A stretch of DNA of 64,000 nt from Bdellovibrionota bacterium (GTDB lineage Bacteria > Bdellovibrionota_C > UBA2361 > JBGSMV01), in NCBI GenBank assembly GCA_044356455.1, contig JBIKWF010000001.1:1-64000 (forward strand). Direction: 5' to 3'. Shown here in pieces: positions 60,886 through 64,000 of the stretch. Position numbers and translations under genes: made by a program. Position 1 is the stretch's first letter; each line of letters begins with the position of its first letter. The notes under the pieces are model-generated. The model had not been told where the DNA came from, searched no databases, and worked only from the letters and a program-made list of their open reading frames with translations.

Positions 60886-61011
60886 GGTACCTCTGAAAAA
60901 CTAGATCTCCGCGTTAATTGAAACGCTTTGTATAACGCGGAGGACGCGGTGTACGCGGAGGAAAAACAGCTCAGAGGAAAATAAATTTGGGGTTTTTCAG
61001 AGGTTCCCTAG
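60882..61011. mobile_element. MITE-like element, type A
   Basis: CTAG-GGTACCTCTGAAAAA ... TTTTTCAGAGGTTCC-CTAG; left flank is the ABC gene's TAG. Confidence 0.9.
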
Positions 61012-61019
61012 TTTGAGAT

Positions 61020-62009
61020 TTAATGGTGAGGGCGATAGACAGGCATCAAATAGGTCTCGGGCCGGTAACCGGGGGATTCTACCTCTAACATCCAATACAC
61101 CGGCGGCCTCTGACTAAGCCTTGTTGAGAATTCTTTCTGCTGCGGGAGGGGGAACCTTACTTTAAAGCCCTCGTCTCCTATTTGTCCCATCACTGAGGTA
61201 GATTCGGCCCACAAAACAGTACTCAGCAAGCTCTTTGACCTCGAGTATCCAGGCTCGGGTGGTACATCGATGAAGTCGTCACTAAGGCAGAATAATGTGC
61301 AGCGTATAGCGGGAGACGCTGCTCCTCGGTAGCCTACCACTGTTAACGATAGATTGGTTCCAAGATGGAATGGGAATTTATCAAATCGTGCCTCGCTTGG
61401 GCCCCAGATTGTAGTTGTCACTATTCTAAAGAGGCACTTCAAGATACAGAGCCAAAAGAGGGCCGCAAGTACGCCGATGCAAATACCTACGATTTTGCCG
61501 CCAGTGTGTTGCCATCCACCAAGTAGGAAAATTAACAATGCGATAGAGGCAATCAGGGTCGCGATTGGGAGAAAGAAAACAATAAATTGAATTGAGTCGA
61601 TTCGCGATCTAGCATTAGCTTTTTTCTCATTCCACGGATAATCCGCGAGCCAAGGGGGAAAGTTTTTTGCAAGGAGACGCTTTCGTCGTCGAATGGCGCA
61701 GAATCCGATTAAGTTACCCGCAAGGGTGGCTAGCCCGGCGTACATAGGAATTAGACTAATCATTGCCCGGAATAGCGGATGGCCTAGGAGAGGATCGGTG
61801 CTTGGGGTTGTAGTAAGATAGAAAGTAAGGGCGGCTCCGCCGAGGCTGAGAAACACTACAGAGTAAACCAATTGTAAGGGCGATGGGCCGGTAAAAAGCG
61901 TACGCGGTAGAGCCAGCGACTGCGCTGGTAGCAAGTTTCGCGAAACGCCGGAGTGAAATTTCGGATTAAGAGACATCTTATAGACATTATTCTTTAGGTA
62001 AGAATGCAA
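61020..62009 (-). CDS. Hypothetical membrane protein (about 4 TM plus soluble C-terminus)
   Basis: Long ORF with four hydrophobic stretches; start uncertain. Confidence 0.6.
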   Translation of the reverse strand: MHSYLKNNVYKMSLNPKFHSGVSRNLLPAQSLALPRTLFTGPSPLQLVYSVVFLSLGGAALTFYLTTTPSTDPLLGHPLFRAMISLIPMYAGLATLAGNLIGFCAIRRRKRLLAKNFPPWLADYPWNEKKANARSRIDSIQFIVFFLPIATLIASIALLIFLLGGWQHTGGKIVGICIGVLAALFWLCILKCLFRIVTTTIWGPSEARFDKFPFHLGTNLSLTVVGYRGAASPAIRCTLFCLSDDFIDVPPEPGYSRSKSLLSTVLWAESTSVMGQIGDEGFKVRFPLPQQKEFSTRLSQRPPVYWMLEVESPGYRPETYLMPVYRPHH

Positions 62010-62114
62010 GATCTCTGCAGGGCTGGCCTCTTGCCTTCAAGGGTTTTCGGGTGGATTCCGGTTCGAGTCCCCAATGACCACCATTCCCGCGGTCAAATAT
62101 AAGTACGGGAACAC

Positions 62115-62582
62115 TTAGGCGTAGCGCCCTTTCTTGTCACCCTTCGTGTCACTCAGGATTTTTCCTTGGCAGCGAAGATCGTCGATAAGTCGCATGATGC
62201 GCCGCTGTGCTTCTTTGACTTCAACAGCTTTGTGTTGCGGGAGATTTTCAAGGTCGTCAGTCACCATTTGAAGCTTTCTTCCCGACATGTTCTCGAGGAC
62301 GGCCTTCTTTACTGCTGGCGGTGCTCCGCGCAAGGAGGCAACGAGGTCGTTGTGGTCTACTTCTCGCACGAGAGTTTGAATGCCTTGGGTTGAAAGCTCA
62401 GTAATCTCTTCAAAGCGATAAAGATTTGACTCTACCTGGGGCACGAGGGCAGGGGATCTGAGCTCCATCTCTTTGAGAATTCGCTGGCGATTCTCAGGCT
62501 CAAGTCGCTTCAAGATTTCAGCGGCGATTGCGGCTCCGTTTACGGCCTCCGAATCGGGGGTGGTATCATCTTTGGGGGCCAT
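62115..62582 (-). CDS. Stand-alone FliG C-terminal domain protein
   Basis: AAEILKRL, FEEI, LVASLRGA, NMSGR, EAQRRI resemble FliG-C; only 155 aa. Confidence 0.8.
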   Translation of the reverse strand: MAPKDDTTPDSEAVNGAAIAAEILKRLEPENRQRILKEMELRSPALVPQVESNLYRFEEITELSTQGIQTLVREVDHNDLVASLRGAPPAVKKAVLENMSGRKLQMVTDDLENLPQHKAVEVKEAQRRIMRLIDDLRCQGKILSDTKGDKKGRYA

Positions 62583-62664
62583 AACGAAACTCCGAGCAGG
62601 TAGTCGTGAAGCTTTAGATGCGGCTCAAATTGCGCCTGGTGCGACAAGGGCTAAGATCTTGTAA

Positions 62665-63999
62665 TTATTGCAGTTTGGCAAGCCCCCGAATGTGCCCTGA
62701 ACGCACCAACTCGCTCAGTGCGATAAGCTGAGAGCTTAACTCGCGGTCCCGTGTGAGCCGCGGAAAAACCTTTAGTATTTCCTTTATGATGCGCTCGCTT
62801 ATGGGACTGAGTTTTCTCTCTTGGGGCCTCCAGGAGCGAAGCAGTTGGATAGAGATTTCTGCCTCATAGCTCTGTGAGGAACTCTGAGCGTTAACGGTGG
62901 CTTCAATTGCCCTTTTGAGTTCTTGTGAGTTTGTTTCGACGCTCCTCGCCACATTTCTCTTAAGTGTGAGTTTAGTGGGGACCCGGGGAGATGCCTTCCT
63001 GATTTCTGCGGCTTGGGCCGCAAAGGCAAGTTCGATTGCAAGTGCTTCGGCCAATCGTGGAAGAGAGTCCCACACTCGCAGTCCAAGGGTTGCCGACATA
63101 CTGACATGGTCCTCTTGTCCGGCATCGGTGGAGAGCGAGAAGAGGTGACTCGGCATGGCAGCGCCCCAAAGTGCATTGGTGAGCGCTGCTGAAGTGTATT
63201 CAGCTATCATCATACCCGAAGAGGTTGAGCGCTCCTGAGGGGAGAGGCCTGGCCAAATGAGATCGCTTCCTAGTCCTTTGTTCCGCTTTTCGTCTACATA
63301 TCTCACGCAGCGCATGTTTGATAAGCGCGCAATAATTCCCATTGACTGAAGGTGGTTGTAAAGCGCCACTGCGATGGGCATGCCATGAAAGTGTCCGCCT
63401 GATACTATTTTAGTGAACTGTCCGTTACCTGCGCGGCTCTCTAGCAAGAGAGGATTATCAGTTGCGCTATTTATTTCAATGGAAATTGAGCGCCTCGAAA
63501 AGTCGCACAGCTCATAGCAACTGCCAAGAACCTGAGGGGCGCAGCGAAGATTGTAAGGGTCCTGTACCTCCCCGTCCGTCGCATAATGACGATGGCTCTG
63601 CCGGATAGGTGAGGCGCGCATAAGTTTCGTGAGCCAGGCGGCAACTTTCTGAGCACCTGGGTGAGGTCGTAGTGCGTGGAAGCGCGCATCGTAGGGCTCG
63701 TCACTTCCAAGCATCACCTGAGCTGAGAGCGCCGTTGCGATCGCCGCAGTTTCAAGGAGTGACTCCATCTCGGCTTGGCAAAGCGCTGCAAGCGCGGTTG
63801 ATACTTGAATTCCATTAGTGAGGGCGAGGCCTTCCTTCGCTTCAAGTTTAAGCGGCGCAACCTTGAGGCGCTTAAATGCGGTCTTTGTGGGAACGGGACG
63901 CGGATTCTTGCCCACGAGGACTTGCCCTTCTCCAATAAGGGTAAGAGCAATCGCAGCGAGAGGCGCCAAATCCCCGCTTGCTCCTACGGAACCGTATCG
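62665..63999 (-). CDS. hutH: Aromatic amino acid ammonia-lyase (HAL/PAL family, probably histidase), 5' part outside window
   Basis: MIO motif GSVGASGDLAPL, KEGLALTNG, VQDPYNLRC, NSATDNP, QEDHVSM. Confidence 0.82.
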   Translation of the reverse strand, partial: RYGSVGASGDLAPLAAIALTLIGEGQVLVGKNPRPVPTKTAFKRLKVAPLKLEAKEGLALTNGIQVSTALAALCQAEMESLLETAAIATALSAQVMLGSDEPYDARFHALRPHPGAQKVAAWLTKLMRASPIRQSHRHYATDGEVQDPYNLRCAPQVLGSCYELCDFSRRSISIEINSATDNPLLLESRAGNGQFTKIVSGGHFHGMPIAVALYNHLQSMGIIARLSNMRCVRYVDEKRNKGLGSDLIWPGLSPQERSTSSGMMIAEYTSAALTNALWGAAMPSHLFSLSTDAGQEDHVSMSATLGLRVWDSLPRLAEALAIELAFAAQAAEIRKASPRVPTKLTLKRNVARSVETNSQELKRAIEATVNAQSSSQSYEAEISIQLLRSWRPQERKLSPISERIIKEILKVFPRLTRDRELSSQLIALSELVRSGHIRGLAKLQ

Positions 64000-64000
64000 C

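Noticed and set aside
808..61011. CRISPR array interpretation of the repeats
   Set aside because: Copies are dispersed inverted repeats with no repeat-spacer periodicity, and no cas genes are present
62008..62083. Complete tRNA gene
   Set aside because: No cloverleaf can be built; kept only as a 3'-fragment observation

Overview
Gene-dense, mostly housekeeping bacterial chromosome segment from a diderm, flagellated organism; a Bdellovibrionota/delta-proteobacterial-like lineage is a guess from gene content. Recognisable blocks are lolC/E-lolD-bamA-skp-lpxA-lpxI, wza-wzc, bcp, livH-livM-livG, an NtrC-type regulator, a flagellin, thiL, yihY, an M16 peptidase pair, nadK-recN, an M23 peptidase, an SPFH pair, mdh-sdhCAB-sucCD, an FkbM fusion, an ABC exporter, a stand-alone FliG-C protein and a partial HAL/PAL-family lyase. 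I found no rRNA, complete tRNA, CRISPR array, integrase or transposase. The main unexplained structure is non-coding. About 20 full, partial or degenerate copies of a 130-140 bp non-autonomous element occur, with terminal inverted repeats GGAACCTCTGAAAAA and 4-bp YTAR flanks. At least eight copies sit exactly on a gene's stop codon. They carry several different long hairpins built from 9-nt units, stack in tandem, and in two cases appear invaded by a second small element. A separate six-hairpin, GGA-rich element lies between nadK and recN. Protein-level oddities are a flagellin with seven FG-GAP repeats (a probable beta-propeller) in its variable region and an internally duplicated MoxR/CoxD-like AAA+ ATPase. 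All product calls come from motif recognition by eye, not database searches.
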